Source: Planctomycetia bacterium (GTDB taxonomy: Bacteria > Planctomycetota > Planctomycetia > Pirellulales > PALSA-1355). From it: DNA of 37,314 bases. Made by a program: the position numbers and the translations under genes. The stretch spans positions 1-37,314 of the forward strand of contig JAYVCO010000327.1 in assembly GCA_043749935.1 (NCBI GenBank), written 5' to 3'. Of this stretch, positions 17,244 through 27,693 are shown piece after piece (within the stretch, counting starts at the first letter, position 1; the number at the start of each line of letters is the position of its first letter). The notes beneath the pieces are model-generated. The model was not told the DNA's origin. It worked only from the letters and a program-made list of their open reading frames with translations, and searched no databases.

Positions 17244-18092
17244 GTGTCCAACCCCGTGATCCAAGAAATCGTAGCGGTGTTTGGCCAGCCCGTGGCGGGG
17301 AACCCGACGCAATACATGATGGAAAAGGCCTTCGTCCAGGTCGGCCTCGATTGGCGATATCTGACGCTGGAGGTCGCGCCCGAAAACCTGGCCGACGCGG
17401 TCCGCGGCATGCGTGCGATGGGTTTTCGCGGCTGCAATCTGACGATTCCGCACAAGGTCGCAATCATTCCCTATCTCGATCGCACGAGCGAAGCCGCCAC
17501 CTTGATGGGCGCGGTCAATTGCGTCAATCGCGTGGGCGATGAACTGGTGGGCGAGAATACCGACGGCAAGGGCTTCGTGCAATCGTTGCGCGAAGTCACC
17601 GACCCGACCGGAAAGAACGTTTTGATTCTGGGCGCTGGCGGCGCGGCCCGCGCGATTGCCGTTGAAGTGGGTCTGGCCGGCGCGGCGCAAATTGCGATCG
17701 TCAATCGCGACGAAACGCGCGGCCAGCAGTTGGTCGCATTGCTAAACGAGAAAGTACACGTCCCGGCGCGGTATGTGAAATGGGAAGGCAGTTTCGAAGT
17801 TCCTCCCGAGGTCGAGGTGGTGATCAATGCCACGTCGATTGGATTGGGCGACGCTTCGGCCCGGGTGCCGCTGGCCGTGCAAACGCTCGAGCCCGACATG
17901 GTCGTGGCCGATGTGATTTTCAATCCGCCCGAGACGCGATTGATTCGCGATGCTCGCTCGCGCGGTTGCCAGACGCTGGACGGGTTGGGCATGCTCGTCA
18001 ACCAGGCGGTGATCGCCTTCAAGATTTGGACCGGCCAGGACGCCAACGCCGAAGTAATGCGCGACGCGTTGGAGGAATTCCTGGGCCTCTAG
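17244..18092 (+). CDS. aroE: Shikimate dehydrogenase
   Basis: Motifs seen: GCNLTIPHK, GAVNCV, GENTDGKGF and the ILGAGGAARA Rossmann motif. 282 aa with a GTG start. Confidence 0.9.
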   Translation: MSNPVIQEIVAVFGQPVAGNPTQYMMEKAFVQVGLDWRYLTLEVAPENLADAVRGMRAMGFRGCNLTIPHKVAIIPYLDRTSEAATLMGAVNCVNRVGDELVGENTDGKGFVQSLREVTDPTGKNVLILGAGGAARAIAVEVGLAGAAQIAIVNRDETRGQQLVALLNEKVHVPARYVKWEGSFEVPPEVEVVINATSIGLGDASARVPLAVQTLEPDMVVADVIFNPPETRLIRDARSRGCQTLDGLGMLVNQAVIAFKIWTGQDANAEVMRDALEEFLGL

Positions 18093-18174
18093 GTTTTCGG
18101 TCCATCGCGTGATGTTTGGTTTGCTCCTTGCTCTTAACAACCGCTGACTTACACCCTTGAAAAGGCTTACCAGG

Positions 18175-20577
18175 ATGACTGCGAAACAGGCTTGGCTCGG
18201 CTCGGTTTTGGCGTTGGCGATCGGCGCCGTTAGTTCTCCGCTTTCTGCCGCCGAACCGGCTGGCGTAAAACTGCTGCGGCTCGATTCGCTCGCCGGCTGG
18301 GAGCATGGAGCGACGCGGCCCGCCCATTGGAGCATTAGCCAGGGCCGGCTCACCGGCACGGCCCAGTCCACTCCCCTGCTCTCCGGTTGGACCGTCGGTG
18401 ATTTCGAGCTGCGATTTCAGTGGTCGGTCGGTTCTGGGGGCGCGTGGCAAGTTGGCTTGCCCGACGTGCCGAGTGGGCCGGGCCTGCTGTTGACGTTCAA
18501 GGAAGGGGACGGCTGCGGCGCGGTGCGCGCCATGGACCAGGTTCTTTCCAGCGGCGCGAAGATCGATCCGCTTGCAGCCGGTGCCATGCACAGCGCCGGT
18601 ATCCGCCGTAGCGGCAATACGCTTTCGATCATTGTCGACGGTAAAGTCACGGGCGAGGTCTCGCTCGATCGCAACCGTCGTTTCGGGCTTGCGCTCTCGG
18701 TGCCCGCCGGCGAGGGCACGCTCGCCGATCTGCGGCTGGAAGAGCCGCGTGGCAATTCGCTGTTCAACGGCAAAGATCTGAGCGGCTGGTTCGTCAACAA
18801 TAACAAGGGCGAATGGAAAGTCGACAATGGCGACATCATTCCCATCGCCCACAAGGGATTGCACTATCTGCGACCCGACAAGGAATATGCGAATTTCACG
18901 CTTTCCTTGGACTATACCATTTCGCGCGGCGGCAACTCGGGCCTGGCCATCCGCACCGCCAAAGACGGCTGGCCCTCGGGCGACGGCATGGAATTGCAGA
19001 TTCTGGATCATCCGGGCGAAGTCAAAGACTCGACGATGGCAATCTACGGCAATCTTCCGCCGCTCGACCGGGCTGACAAATCGCTCGAGTGGAATCGCAT
19101 CACCGTCAAAGCCGATGGCCGCATGATCTCGGCTTGGATCAATGGCGAGTTGGTGCAACAAGTGAACACGGCCGAACTGCCGGAGCTCAAACATCGGCAC
19201 TTGAAGGGCTGGATCGGCGTGCAAGATCATGGCGGCAAGGTGCGTTTCCGCGAGATTTACATTCACGAAGCGCCCGAGGGACTGGGCCTCGATGCCTGGT
19301 ATCAGCCGCACCCCGAACCGGCGGCCGGCATCGTGCTCGATCGCGTGATGAACAGCGAGCGGCTTTCGCGAGTCGATGGTTTGGGTTCGGGTGTGGTCAG
19401 CAAAACCGTTCCCAAGGGCGGCGAACACGTACTGGCCGAGCTGACCGGTCCGGGCGCGCTTGTGCGCTGCTGGCGCAGCTTTGCCGCCGGTCGGATGGCG
19501 TTTTATTTTGACGGCGAAACCGAGCCGCGCATCGAGTGCGACGCCGAACACCTGTTCGATCATGTGCCTGGAATTGCCCATCAAGATCAGCCGGTGCTCG
19601 GGTGTTTGAACTTTGCCAAGAGCCTCAAGATCGTCGTGACCGATCCGCTGCCGGCCACCTATCGGTTCGATTACGTCACGTTTCCCAAGGATGTGCCGGT
19701 CGAAAGCTTCACGCGCAAGAGTCCCGGCGTGCCGCGCGGAATGCCGCAGGCCATTAGCTATCGCCACGAAGGAATGGCCGGCGGAAAACTTCGCGAGGCC
19801 GAGATCTACGATCGGATCAATTCCGAGCCGCGCACGATCGAGCCCGGCACCACCGTGCAACTGGCGTCGGTCGAAGGCGCGGGCATCGTAAACTGGCTGC
19901 GCTTGCAGACCAGTCGCACGGCACTAGCCGACAACGACCTGTGGGTCGAGGTCACGATCGACGGCGAATCGGTGCCCGCCATCGCCGCGCCGGCCCGGTT
20001 TCTCTACCCTGCGTTTGCAGGCACCGAGGACACCAAGGATTTCAACAGCCTGGTCCTGACCAGCAAGGAAGGCTTTGCAAATCTGCTGGCGATGCCATTT
20101 GGAAACGGGATTTCCGTCGCGGTGCGAAACCGTGGTTCAAAGCCGATCGAGAAAATCGCCGTTTCGATGTCGGTCAATCGAGCCAACGACAAGAACCGGG
20201 CCGATTTCGCGAGCCGCATGCGCTTGCGTGGCGTCTTCCAATCCGCCGGCTCGGATCTGCACGACCTGATCAGTCAGTCCGGCGGTGGTCGTTGGGTGGC
20301 CCTGGTTTATCAGCAGCCCGAGGGTACGACCGGCGTCGCGTCACTCGATGTCGACGGAAAGCCCCGAGAGGGTTGGGCATCGGCCGATTTGGAATCGTTC
20401 TGGGGTCGGCCGGGCGAGGGGAACAACTTCTATCGAGCCCTGAGCGGCCGCAAGGGCGGCTTGGCTTGGCGCTATATGCTCTTGGAAACCGTAAGCTTCG
20501 AGCACTCGCTAGTGCTCAAGCCAAATGCCGGCGACAAGCTCGGCGATCGCTTGGCACTGTTCTATTTGAAGAAGTAG
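18175..20577 (+). CDS. Secreted multidomain protein: two DUF1080-like domains fused to a DUF2961 (GH172-like) domain
   Basis: The signal peptide is MTAKQAWLGSVLALAIGAVSSPLSA. A canonical DUF1080 segment runs LFNGKDLSGW...GNSGLAIR...MELQILD...WIGVQDHGGKVRFREIYI, preceded by a degenerate copy. The C-terminal half has the GPGALVRCW signature seen in DUF2961. I prefer ATG 18175 over TTG 18157. Confidence 0.75.
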   Translation: MTAKQAWLGSVLALAIGAVSSPLSAAEPAGVKLLRLDSLAGWEHGATRPAHWSISQGRLTGTAQSTPLLSGWTVGDFELRFQWSVGSGGAWQVGLPDVPSGPGLLLTFKEGDGCGAVRAMDQVLSSGAKIDPLAAGAMHSAGIRRSGNTLSIIVDGKVTGEVSLDRNRRFGLALSVPAGEGTLADLRLEEPRGNSLFNGKDLSGWFVNNNKGEWKVDNGDIIPIAHKGLHYLRPDKEYANFTLSLDYTISRGGNSGLAIRTAKDGWPSGDGMELQILDHPGEVKDSTMAIYGNLPPLDRADKSLEWNRITVKADGRMISAWINGELVQQVNTAELPELKHRHLKGWIGVQDHGGKVRFREIYIHEAPEGLGLDAWYQPHPEPAAGIVLDRVMNSERLSRVDGLGSGVVSKTVPKGGEHVLAELTGPGALVRCWRSFAAGRMAFYFDGETEPRIECDAEHLFDHVPGIAHQDQPVLGCLNFAKSLKIVVTDPLPATYRFDYVTFPKDVPVESFTRKSPGVPRGMPQAISYRHEGMAGGKLREAEIYDRINSEPRTIEPGTTVQLASVEGAGIVNWLRLQTSRTALADNDLWVEVTIDGESVPAIAAPARFLYPAFAGTEDTKDFNSLVLTSKEGFANLLAMPFGNGISVAVRNRGSKPIEKIAVSMSVNRANDKNRADFASRMRLRGVFQSAGSDLHDLISQSGGGRWVALVYQQPEGTTGVASLDVDGKPREGWASADLESFWGRPGEGNNFYRALSGRKGGLAWRYMLLETVSFEHSLVLKPNAGDKLGDRLALFYLKK

Positions 20578-20609
20578 CGAGTGTCCGGCATTCATCCGGC
20601 GGGCGGGGA

Positions 20610-21644
20610 TTACACCGGCTGCTGCTGCGTAATGCAATGATACGCTCCCAGGCCCCAGGCCAGGTCGACGGCGTCGAGGCCGCGGATTTGCCGGCCCGGG
20701 AAGACCCTCGCCAACGTTTCGACGGCCACTCGGTCGGCCGGATCGTTGAATTGCGGCACGATCACCACGCCGTTGGCGATGTAGAAATTCATGTAGCAGG
20801 CCGGCAGCCGGGCATCTTCAAAGAACAGCGGCCGCGGCATGGGGATCGGAATCACTTCCAGCGGCCGACCCCGCTCATCGCTTATGCCTTGCAGACGCAG
20901 GTAGTTGTCTTGCAAGGGCTCGTAATTCTCGTCGCGCGGGTCCTCCTCCAGTGCGGCCACCACCGTCGTAGGACCGACAAAGCGGGCCAGTTCGTCGATG
21001 TGACCGTCGGTATCGTCCCCAACAATGCCTCCACCCAGCCAGAGAATCTTTTTGGCACAACAATAGTCTCGCAAATAGCGCTCAACGTCGGCACGCGATA
21101 GTTGCGGGTTGCGGTTGGGATTGAGCAGGCACTGTTCGGTCGTCAGCACCGTGCCGCCGCCATTGCCGTCGACGGCGCCCCCTTCCAAGATGATTCCCGG
21201 AGTGAACACGCGTCGGTCGGTAAGACTGGCGACGCGGGCCGGCACCAGGTTATCGAGATCGAACGGCGGATATTTTCCGCCCCACGCGTTGTACTCCCAA
21301 TCGATGAGCGCTGGCGGCAGCGACTCCGGGCCTGAAAGAAACATCGGGCCGTGGTCGCGTGCCCAGACGTCGTTCGTGGGGATGTCGTGCAACACGACAT
21401 GGCGCAATCCGCCGACCAGCGTTTTCGCTTCGGCCATCACGTTTTCGCCACCCGCACAGATGTGTACGGGTTCGAATGCGGAGAGCGTGCGGACCAACGT
21501 GGCATAAATGCCGGGGATCGGCTCGAATTTCCCAGGCCAGGTCTCTGGTTTGTGGGGCCAGGCCAGCCACGTCGCGGCGTGCGGCTCCCATTCGGCCGGC
21601 CAGCGATATCCGAGCGATGCGGGCGTGTCAGTTGACATGAGCAA
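20610..21644 (-). CDS. aguA: Agmatine deiminase
   Basis: Motifs seen: YRWPAEWEPH, WARDHGPMF, GHIDELARF and the C-terminal catalytic-Cys context GAYHCITQQ. 344 aa. Confidence 0.88.
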   Translation of the reverse strand: MLMSTDTPASLGYRWPAEWEPHAATWLAWPHKPETWPGKFEPIPGIYATLVRTLSAFEPVHICAGGENVMAEAKTLVGGLRHVVLHDIPTNDVWARDHGPMFLSGPESLPPALIDWEYNAWGGKYPPFDLDNLVPARVASLTDRRVFTPGIILEGGAVDGNGGGTVLTTEQCLLNPNRNPQLSRADVERYLRDYCCAKKILWLGGGIVGDDTDGHIDELARFVGPTTVVAALEEDPRDENYEPLQDNYLRLQGISDERGRPLEVIPIPMPRPLFFEDARLPACYMNFYIANGVVIVPQFNDPADRVAVETLARVFPGRQIRGLDAVDLAWGLGAYHCITQQQPV

Positions 21645-21675
21645 CCATCGTGAAGAACAAAAGACAGCAGACGGC

Positions 21676-22590
21676 CTAGTCGAGATAACGTTTCGTCAGA
21701 TCGCCATAAGCGTCGATGCGTCGATCGCGCAGAAAAGGCCAATGGGTGCGCACCACGTCGATCTGTTCAAGATTGCACTCGACGAGCATCGTTTCTTCGC
21801 GATCGTGCGTGGCCCGGGCGAGGATGTTTCCGTTGGGATCGGCCAAAAACGACGCGCCCCAGAATTCCAGTTTTCCTTCTCTACCGGTGCGATTCGCGGC
21901 GGCCACGAACACGCCATTGGCAATCGCATGGCTGCGCATCATCGTCTCCCACGCCGAGTGCTGGCTCGCGCCATACACATCCTTCTCATCCGGCAGCCAA
22001 CCGATCGCAGTCGGGTAGAAAATGATTTGCGCGCCGGCCAGTGCCGTCAGCCGTGCCGCTTCCGGATACCACTGGTCCCAGCAGACACAAACACCCACGC
22101 GACCAAATCGCGTATCGAACGCGCGAAAGCCCAGGTCGCCGGGTGTGAAATAAAACTTTTCGTAATACAGCGGATCGTCGGGAATGTGCATCTTGCGATA
22201 CATTCCGGCCAGCGAGCCGTCGGCATCGAACACCACGGCCGTGTTGTGGTACAAGCCCGCCGCGCGGCGCTCGAATAACGAACCAATGACGACCACCTCG
22301 TGGCGGCGCGCGGCTTCGGACAATGCCTGGCTGGTCGGGCCAGGGATCGGCTCGGCCTCGTCGAAGCGGGCGTGATCTTCCGTTTGACAGGGATACTGGC
22401 CGGCGAACAATTCTTGCAAACAGACAACATTGGCCCCGGCGGAGGCGGCTTCGCCGATCCTGGCGAGCGCCTTCTCGACATTCTGGGCCTTCGACACCTG
22501 CCCCGTCATTTGCACCAGCGCAACCACGACCGTGCTCGGACCGCTGGAATGGGGCTCATCTTGTTGGTTTGAACTCATCATCGAACTCAT
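21676..22590 (-). CDS. aguB: N-carbamoylputrescine amidase (CN-hydrolase family)
   Basis: The CN-hydrolase triad contexts are VCLQELF (Glu), YRKMHIP (Lys) and VCVCWDQWYPE (Cys). It is adjacent to and co-oriented with aguA. Confidence 0.85.
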   Translation of the reverse strand: MSSMMSSNQQDEPHSSGPSTVVVALVQMTGQVSKAQNVEKALARIGEAASAGANVVCLQELFAGQYPCQTEDHARFDEAEPIPGPTSQALSEAARRHEVVVIGSLFERRAAGLYHNTAVVFDADGSLAGMYRKMHIPDDPLYYEKFYFTPGDLGFRAFDTRFGRVGVCVCWDQWYPEAARLTALAGAQIIFYPTAIGWLPDEKDVYGASQHSAWETMMRSHAIANGVFVAAANRTGREGKLEFWGASFLADPNGNILARATHDREETMLVECNLEQIDVVRTHWPFLRDRRIDAYGDLTKRYLD

Positions 22591-22605
22591 GGTAACTTAT
22601 GCCCT

Positions 22606-23340
22606 ATGACGCGCAAACCGGTCCGCGGACTATTTATTACTGGCACCGACACCGAAATCGGCAAGACGTACGTCGCGGCGATGATCGCCCGCTCGCTGGC
22701 TGCCCAGGGCCATCGCGTGGGCGTTTACAAGCCCGCCGCCAGTGGTTGCGAGGTGCAAGCCGGAACGCTGGTTTCCGATGATGCTCTTACGCTTTGGAAG
22801 GCTGCTGGTTCGCCAGGAACATTGGCCGAGGTTTGTCCCCAGGTGTTCGCGGCGCCCCTGGCGCCCCATTTGGCGGCCAAGGCCGAAGGCAAGCAACTCG
22901 ACCTGGCTCTGTTGCGACGCGGGCTGGATATTTGGCTAGACCAGTCCGATGTCGTTCTGGTCGAAGGGGCGGGAGGGCTGATGTCGCCGCTCGGCGAAGA
23001 CGAATATGTGGCCGATCTGTCTGCCGATCTCGGCTTTCCATTGGTGGTTGTCGCGCGCAATACCCTCGGCGTGATCAATCACGTGTTGCAAACACTGATC
23101 ACGGCGGCTACGTTTCGCGAGGGTCTTCCGGTCGCGGGGATCGTGCTCAACGAAACGTCGCCGAGAACCAGCAACGCGAGCCTCGACCAAAACGCCCGCG
23201 AGATTCGCCGCCGCGCGGTGCCGCCGGTGCTGGCCGAAGTCGGCTGGCAAGCGGACCGCTTCAGCCCGGAGGTGGATTGGTTCGCCCTGGCAGCCGAGGC
23301 GGGGCAATTGAACGCGGGGCATGACGATGGCGATTCGTAA
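22606..23340 (+). CDS. bioD: ATP-dependent dethiobiotin synthetase
   Basis: The P-loop-like motif is LFITGTDTEIGKT. VEGAGG is present. 244 aa. It diverges from aguB with only 15 nt between the two start codons. Confidence 0.85.
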   Translation: MTRKPVRGLFITGTDTEIGKTYVAAMIARSLAAQGHRVGVYKPAASGCEVQAGTLVSDDALTLWKAAGSPGTLAEVCPQVFAAPLAPHLAAKAEGKQLDLALLRRGLDIWLDQSDVVLVEGAGGLMSPLGEDEYVADLSADLGFPLVVVARNTLGVINHVLQTLITAATFREGLPVAGIVLNETSPRTSNASLDQNAREIRRRAVPPVLAEVGWQADRFSPEVDWFALAAEAGQLNAGHDDGDS

Positions 23341-23406
23341 ACGGAGTCTGACGAGGTCTCAGCGGATGTTTTCCGCGATTGATTCAACCATCTCGGGAAA
23401 TATTCG

Positions 23407-24279
23407 ATGGATTTGATTTATCGATTCGATCCGTTCCGACCGATTGCAATCGATCGCCCGGCCGACGCCAAAGCGGCGATTCGGGTATTGCTCGAAGGCA
23501 ACCAGCGCCTTGTCGACTTCATCGACCGGATGCAGCGAGCGACTGTTCACGGCAGCGCCGGACCTGAGCAAACGATCGTGCCGGTCGACTTGTTGTCGAT
23601 GGGCCTGCCGTTCTTTCCCGGCGCGGCACTCGATCAGGCCCCATTCGCCTTGGTGCTGGGTTGTTCCGATGCACGCGTGCCGATCGAATCGATTTTCGAT
23701 CAAAGCTTCAACGATCTGTTCGTGGTACGAATTGCCGGAAACGTGCTGGGGACTGAGTGCATGGGCAGCTTCGATTACGCGGTGCGCAGCCTGAGCGGGG
23801 GGCTCAAGGCCGTCGTCGTCTTGGGCCATACGGCCTGTGGCGCTGTCACCGCCGCGGTCGATACTTATTTGAACCCGAACGACTATGCCGATATCGCCTT
23901 TACGCACGCCCTGCGATCGCTCATCGATCGTATGCTGGTCTCGGTGCGCGGCGCGGCACACTCGTTCGAGCGGCATTGTGGGCACGAGATCCATTGTCAT
24001 CCGGGCTTTCGTGCCGCACTGATCGAGGCCTCGGTGTACTTGAACTCCGCGATCACGGCGTTCGACCTTCAACGTGAAATCGCCAGTGCGGGCGGAATTA
24101 GTTCGCTGGCGGTTTTCTACGGCGTGTGCGATATTTCCGACATGCTCGTGCGATCGGATCCGGCTATCGGACAAGCATTCGATCCCCAGTTGCGGCCGGC
24201 GCCAACGTCGACCGATAACTTCATGGGGCTGGCCGACCATTTGGCGCGAGTGATTTCGGCCGGCGAACTGCTCAAGTAA
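23407..24279 (+). CDS. Beta-class carbonic anhydrase
   Basis: The zinc-ligand and active-site contexts are LGCSDARVP and VLGHTACGAV. 290 aa. Confidence 0.8.
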   Translation: MDLIYRFDPFRPIAIDRPADAKAAIRVLLEGNQRLVDFIDRMQRATVHGSAGPEQTIVPVDLLSMGLPFFPGAALDQAPFALVLGCSDARVPIESIFDQSFNDLFVVRIAGNVLGTECMGSFDYAVRSLSGGLKAVVVLGHTACGAVTAAVDTYLNPNDYADIAFTHALRSLIDRMLVSVRGAAHSFERHCGHEIHCHPGFRAALIEASVYLNSAITAFDLQREIASAGGISSLAVFYGVCDISDMLVRSDPAIGQAFDPQLRPAPTSTDNFMGLADHLARVISAGELLK

Positions 24280-24312
24280 GAAAAGATGGCACGACCCGTC
24301 TTGCGCGAGCTG

Positions 24313-26478
24313 CTACGACGTCAGAGCCGCGACGCGCTGTTCGTGGCGGCTTTCGGCGAGGCTAGTGTCGATTGCCAGGTTCATGACGACGCTCCAGCGG
24401 CCTTCGGCATCCCCTTGCACGATCCAATGCGGCTCGACGACCACCGATTGGTGAACCAGTTCGAATCCGCCTTCTGATTGGCTGACGCTCTCGATCGGAA
24501 AGGCCCAGATTCCCGACGGCCGCGAAAAACTCAGATTCAGGTCGATGCCCAGCCACTCGTCGACCAGGCCTAAATGCTGGGCGTCGTTCAAGTCGAGCCG
24601 GCTGCCAAGCTGACCGTAACGTTGGTGATCATCGCCGTAGAAGTAGCGATCATCGGCGCCCGAGGGCAGGCCCGCGAAATTGAACTCGACGCCGAAGTGC
24701 AACGGCTGGCTCGGCGGCAACCCCTCGAGCAAGTAGGCGATTTCCAAATTCGAGCGGCCGGCTTCCATCGTCACGCTCTTGGTGATCCGCACTGGCACGT
24801 CGCCGGCCAGCCCCGCCGCGGAAAGCTGCAATTGCATCCGGTTCGGATTGCGTCTTAACTTCGCCTCGTACGGCCGGTCCAGAAAGTTGCCTTGTTCGAG
24901 CGCTTCGCCCCGGGCGACGGCCGCGAGCGTGGTCTGCGGCTCGTAAAAATGATCCAACAGGCTCTTCCGCGGAAACTCGTCGTATTGCAGGTGAGTATCG
25001 AGCCCTTCTTGCTTGAATATCACGCGATCGCTCACGCCGGCCACGTCGTTGCGGCCGTCGGCGCCCGAAAGCACCTTGCGATGGTAGGCTTCGGGCCGGC
25101 GCGTCATCGTGGCCAAGAGATTGTGGCCAATCGAACGCACGTCGAGCTCGTACAGCATTCCACCGCGATTGGGCGCGGCCAGTGCGATCAGCTTATCGCC
25201 CGTCAACGCGACTTCCTGGCGGCCGTCAAAATTGTAGTCGTCGGCAGTCAGCTCGACCCAAGCGGCCGGTTTGCGCAAAGCTCGATCCAACAAATCGTCG
25301 GCAACGATCAATTCGCGATAGATGGCATTGCGTAAATGAGGCAAGTAGACGCCGCCAAACGCCCCGTGCCAATAACCGCAGTTGCACTGTCCGCGATACA
25401 GGGCGCGGCGAGCCTGGTCGATCAGTTCTCCACGGATTCCGTTATCGAGCGCCGCTTGCAGCCTGCGGCTGACCATCATCATGCGACAATACATTTCGTT
25501 GGCTTCGGAATACTTGACGCGGAAGTTGCGCCAGAACCCGCCGCGGACGAATCGCGCGATGCGCGGCCAGCGGGGATCGTGTTCCAACTCGCGACGGACC
25601 GCGACGTACTCGGCCAATTGCTCGGATGGCAAGACCCACTCGGTCATTTCCCGATAGCTGCCCTCGGGCAAATAAATCTTGTCGACTGGCGGCGTGCTGT
25701 CGATGACTTCCGCGGGCGTCACCGATTCGATCCAGCTTTGATTGGCAGCGAGCAGATCGAAGAATTGCACCAGCCAACCGTCGTCGTACACGTGTTTTTT
25801 GGTTTCAGGCCAGGCTCCAAACTTCTCGCCGTCATCGCCAAACATGCAGATCGCGCCGGGATGCCGGGCGGCCACTCGGGCCAGATAATCGATCGACTCC
25901 TGCGGCGAGGCAAACGGAATCATGTAGCGCAGCGGTTCGCTATCGGGAAACACCGACAGCAGATTGCCGTCGTCTTCGGTCAAGTAATAGCCGTGCAGTT
26001 GATCTTCCGACAGACCAGCGTTCTTGAAATGAAAATCGTCCAGCATCGTGTACTGGATCCCCGCGGCGACCAGATCGCTGGTCATGCTCTGTTCCCAAAC
26101 GCGTTCGGGCATCCACATGCCGCGCACCTGGGCGCCCAGCCGCCCTTCGAGCCAGCGGGTGAAGCTTTGGATTTGACCGATGCGATCCCGGCGCGGAATC
26201 ATCGACAAAATCGGTTCGTAAAACGCTCCGCCAATGATTTCGATCCGACCCGCGGCCACCAGGCGCGCCAGCCGTTCGAGATACTCCGGATGATGCGCAT
26301 CGAACCACTCCATCAGCGGGCCGCTGGTGTGCAGGCCCATCTTCAGATGTTCATAGCGCTCGAAGACGTCGAGAAACGGCCGGTAACTGTCTTGATACGC
26401 TTGCTCGAAGACGTGCTCGAAATTGCCGACGGGCTGATGATCGTGCAGGACGAGGACAAAGCGGATAGTGTTCGACAT
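24313..26478 (-). CDS. GH57-family alpha-amylase / 4-alpha-glucanotransferase-like enzyme
   Basis: GH57 conserved regions are present: LHDHQPVGNF, the nucleophile context GMWMPERVWE and the acid/base context FGDDGEKFGAW. A long C-terminal extension brings the length to 721 aa. Confidence 0.85.
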   Translation of the reverse strand: MSNTIRFVLVLHDHQPVGNFEHVFEQAYQDSYRPFLDVFERYEHLKMGLHTSGPLMEWFDAHHPEYLERLARLVAAGRIEIIGGAFYEPILSMIPRRDRIGQIQSFTRWLEGRLGAQVRGMWMPERVWEQSMTSDLVAAGIQYTMLDDFHFKNAGLSEDQLHGYYLTEDDGNLLSVFPDSEPLRYMIPFASPQESIDYLARVAARHPGAICMFGDDGEKFGAWPETKKHVYDDGWLVQFFDLLAANQSWIESVTPAEVIDSTPPVDKIYLPEGSYREMTEWVLPSEQLAEYVAVRRELEHDPRWPRIARFVRGGFWRNFRVKYSEANEMYCRMMMVSRRLQAALDNGIRGELIDQARRALYRGQCNCGYWHGAFGGVYLPHLRNAIYRELIVADDLLDRALRKPAAWVELTADDYNFDGRQEVALTGDKLIALAAPNRGGMLYELDVRSIGHNLLATMTRRPEAYHRKVLSGADGRNDVAGVSDRVIFKQEGLDTHLQYDEFPRKSLLDHFYEPQTTLAAVARGEALEQGNFLDRPYEAKLRRNPNRMQLQLSAAGLAGDVPVRITKSVTMEAGRSNLEIAYLLEGLPPSQPLHFGVEFNFAGLPSGADDRYFYGDDHQRYGQLGSRLDLNDAQHLGLVDEWLGIDLNLSFSRPSGIWAFPIESVSQSEGGFELVHQSVVVEPHWIVQGDAEGRWSVVMNLAIDTSLAESRHEQRVAALTS

Positions 26479-26552
26479 GGCGGGCCGATTGGGGCGTGAG
26501 GGCAGGTGAGTGCTCAGTGTTGCAATGTAGTAATCGGCAAATGGAACGCCAT

Positions 26553-27596
26553 TTATCCAGTCGCCCTGGTCGGAATTTCTTGCGCCGCCTGTGACGAGTC
26601 GTCCAGCTCTCGCATGAAGGTGGCGGCCTCTTCGGGCGGAACGGGATTAATGTAAAAACCGGTCCCCCACTCGAAGCCCGCCGTCTTCGTCACGCGCGGA
26701 ATAATCTCTATATGCCAGTGATAATGCCCCAGCGCTTGAGTGTCAAACGGCGCCGTGTGAATGATGTAATTGTACGCGGGCCGATCCAATGCGAGCTCGA
26801 TTTTCTGCATCACGCGTTTGACCACGCGGGCCAATTCCTCGGCGCCGGCCCGCGATAGCGTCTCGTAGTGACTCGAGTGGACGGTGGGCACGATCCAGGT
26901 CTCGAACGGAAACCGCGCCGCGAACGGGCAAAACGCCACGAAACCGGGCGAATCGAACACGATTCGCTGCTCGAACGACAGCTCCTGCTCGATCATGTCG
27001 CAAAACACGCAGCGCCCGCGATAGCGATAGAATTCCTGCGATCCGGCGATCTCTTCTGCCACACTAATCGGCACAATCGGCGTAACGATCAGTTGGCTGT
27101 GCGTGTGCTCGAGCGACGCGCCGGCTGCCGCCCCGACGTTTTTGAAGATCATGCCATACACCAGCCGAGAGTCCTTTTTCAAATCCAGCAGGCGGTCGCG
27201 ATAGACCCAAAGCACTTCGCGCAGGTTTTCGATGCTCAGTTGCGTGGTGCTGGTGAAATGTTGCGGCGACTCGATGATCACTTCGTGGGCTCCCACGCCG
27301 CGCATCATGTCGTACATACCTTGCCCGCGCTTGTCCAAGTCGCCTTCAATTTCCAAAGCCGGAAACTTATTGGGGACCACCCGCACGCGCCAGCCGCGCG
27401 CGTCGCGGTGGGTGCCGGGTTGACGATGAGCGGCGATTTCGTGCGGCGTGTGGTGTTCGTTGCCTTCGCAGAACGGGCAGAAGCCGCGAGTCGGCGCGTC
27501 AACCGTCCCGTCGATCATGTCGTGTGGCCGCTTCGCGCGGTTCTTCGCAATGATCACCCAACGGCCGACAATCGGATCTTTTCGCAAATCGGGCAT
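26553..27596 (-). CDS. GalT-family (HIT superfamily) hexose-1-phosphate nucleotidyltransferase / ADP-glucose phosphorylase-like protein
   Basis: It has the zinc knuckle CPFCEGNE and the active-site EHTHSQL (HxHxQ). The N-terminus is [16 protein letters not shown]. The first ATG at 27596 was chosen over the track's TTG at 27680. Confidence 0.8.
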   Translation of the reverse strand: MPDLRKDPIVGRWVIIAKNRAKRPHDMIDGTVDAPTRGFCPFCEGNEHHTPHEIAAHRQPGTHRDARGWRVRVVPNKFPALEIEGDLDKRGQGMYDMMRGVGAHEVIIESPQHFTSTTQLSIENLREVLWVYRDRLLDLKKDSRLVYGMIFKNVGAAAGASLEHTHSQLIVTPIVPISVAEEIAGSQEFYRYRGRCVFCDMIEQELSFEQRIVFDSPGFVAFCPFAARFPFETWIVPTVHSSHYETLSRAGAEELARVVKRVMQKIELALDRPAYNYIIHTAPFDTQALGHYHWHIEIIPRVTKTAGFEWGTGFYINPVPPEEAATFMRELDDSSQAAQEIPTRATG

Positions 27597-27693
27597 AGCG
27601 GAACTTTTCTGCTTTCGGAAACTTACCGGCTCTTGAAAAACGGCCCTGGCACCCGATGCACTCGGGGCCAGCGAGATCAATAGTTTGTACGCG

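Noticed and set aside
18019-19860. 613-aa minus-strand ORF
   Set aside because: It is antisense to the DUF1080/DUF2961 gene. Its composition is that of a GC-rich shadow frame and it has no motifs.
19941-21101. 386-aa plus-strand ORF
   Set aside because: It runs out of frame through the 3' end of the DUF1080/DUF2961 gene and then antisense into aguA. It is Arg-rich and low-complexity.
22590-22606. Only 15 nt between the divergent aguB and bioD start codons, raising the question of a mis-called start or a bidirectional promoter
   Set aside because: Both N-termini look reasonable, and alternative internal Met codons exist in aguB. There is not enough evidence for anything unusual.
25336-26499. 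387-aa plus-strand ORF
   Set aside because: It is antisense to the GH57 gene at 24313..26478. It is a shadow ORF.
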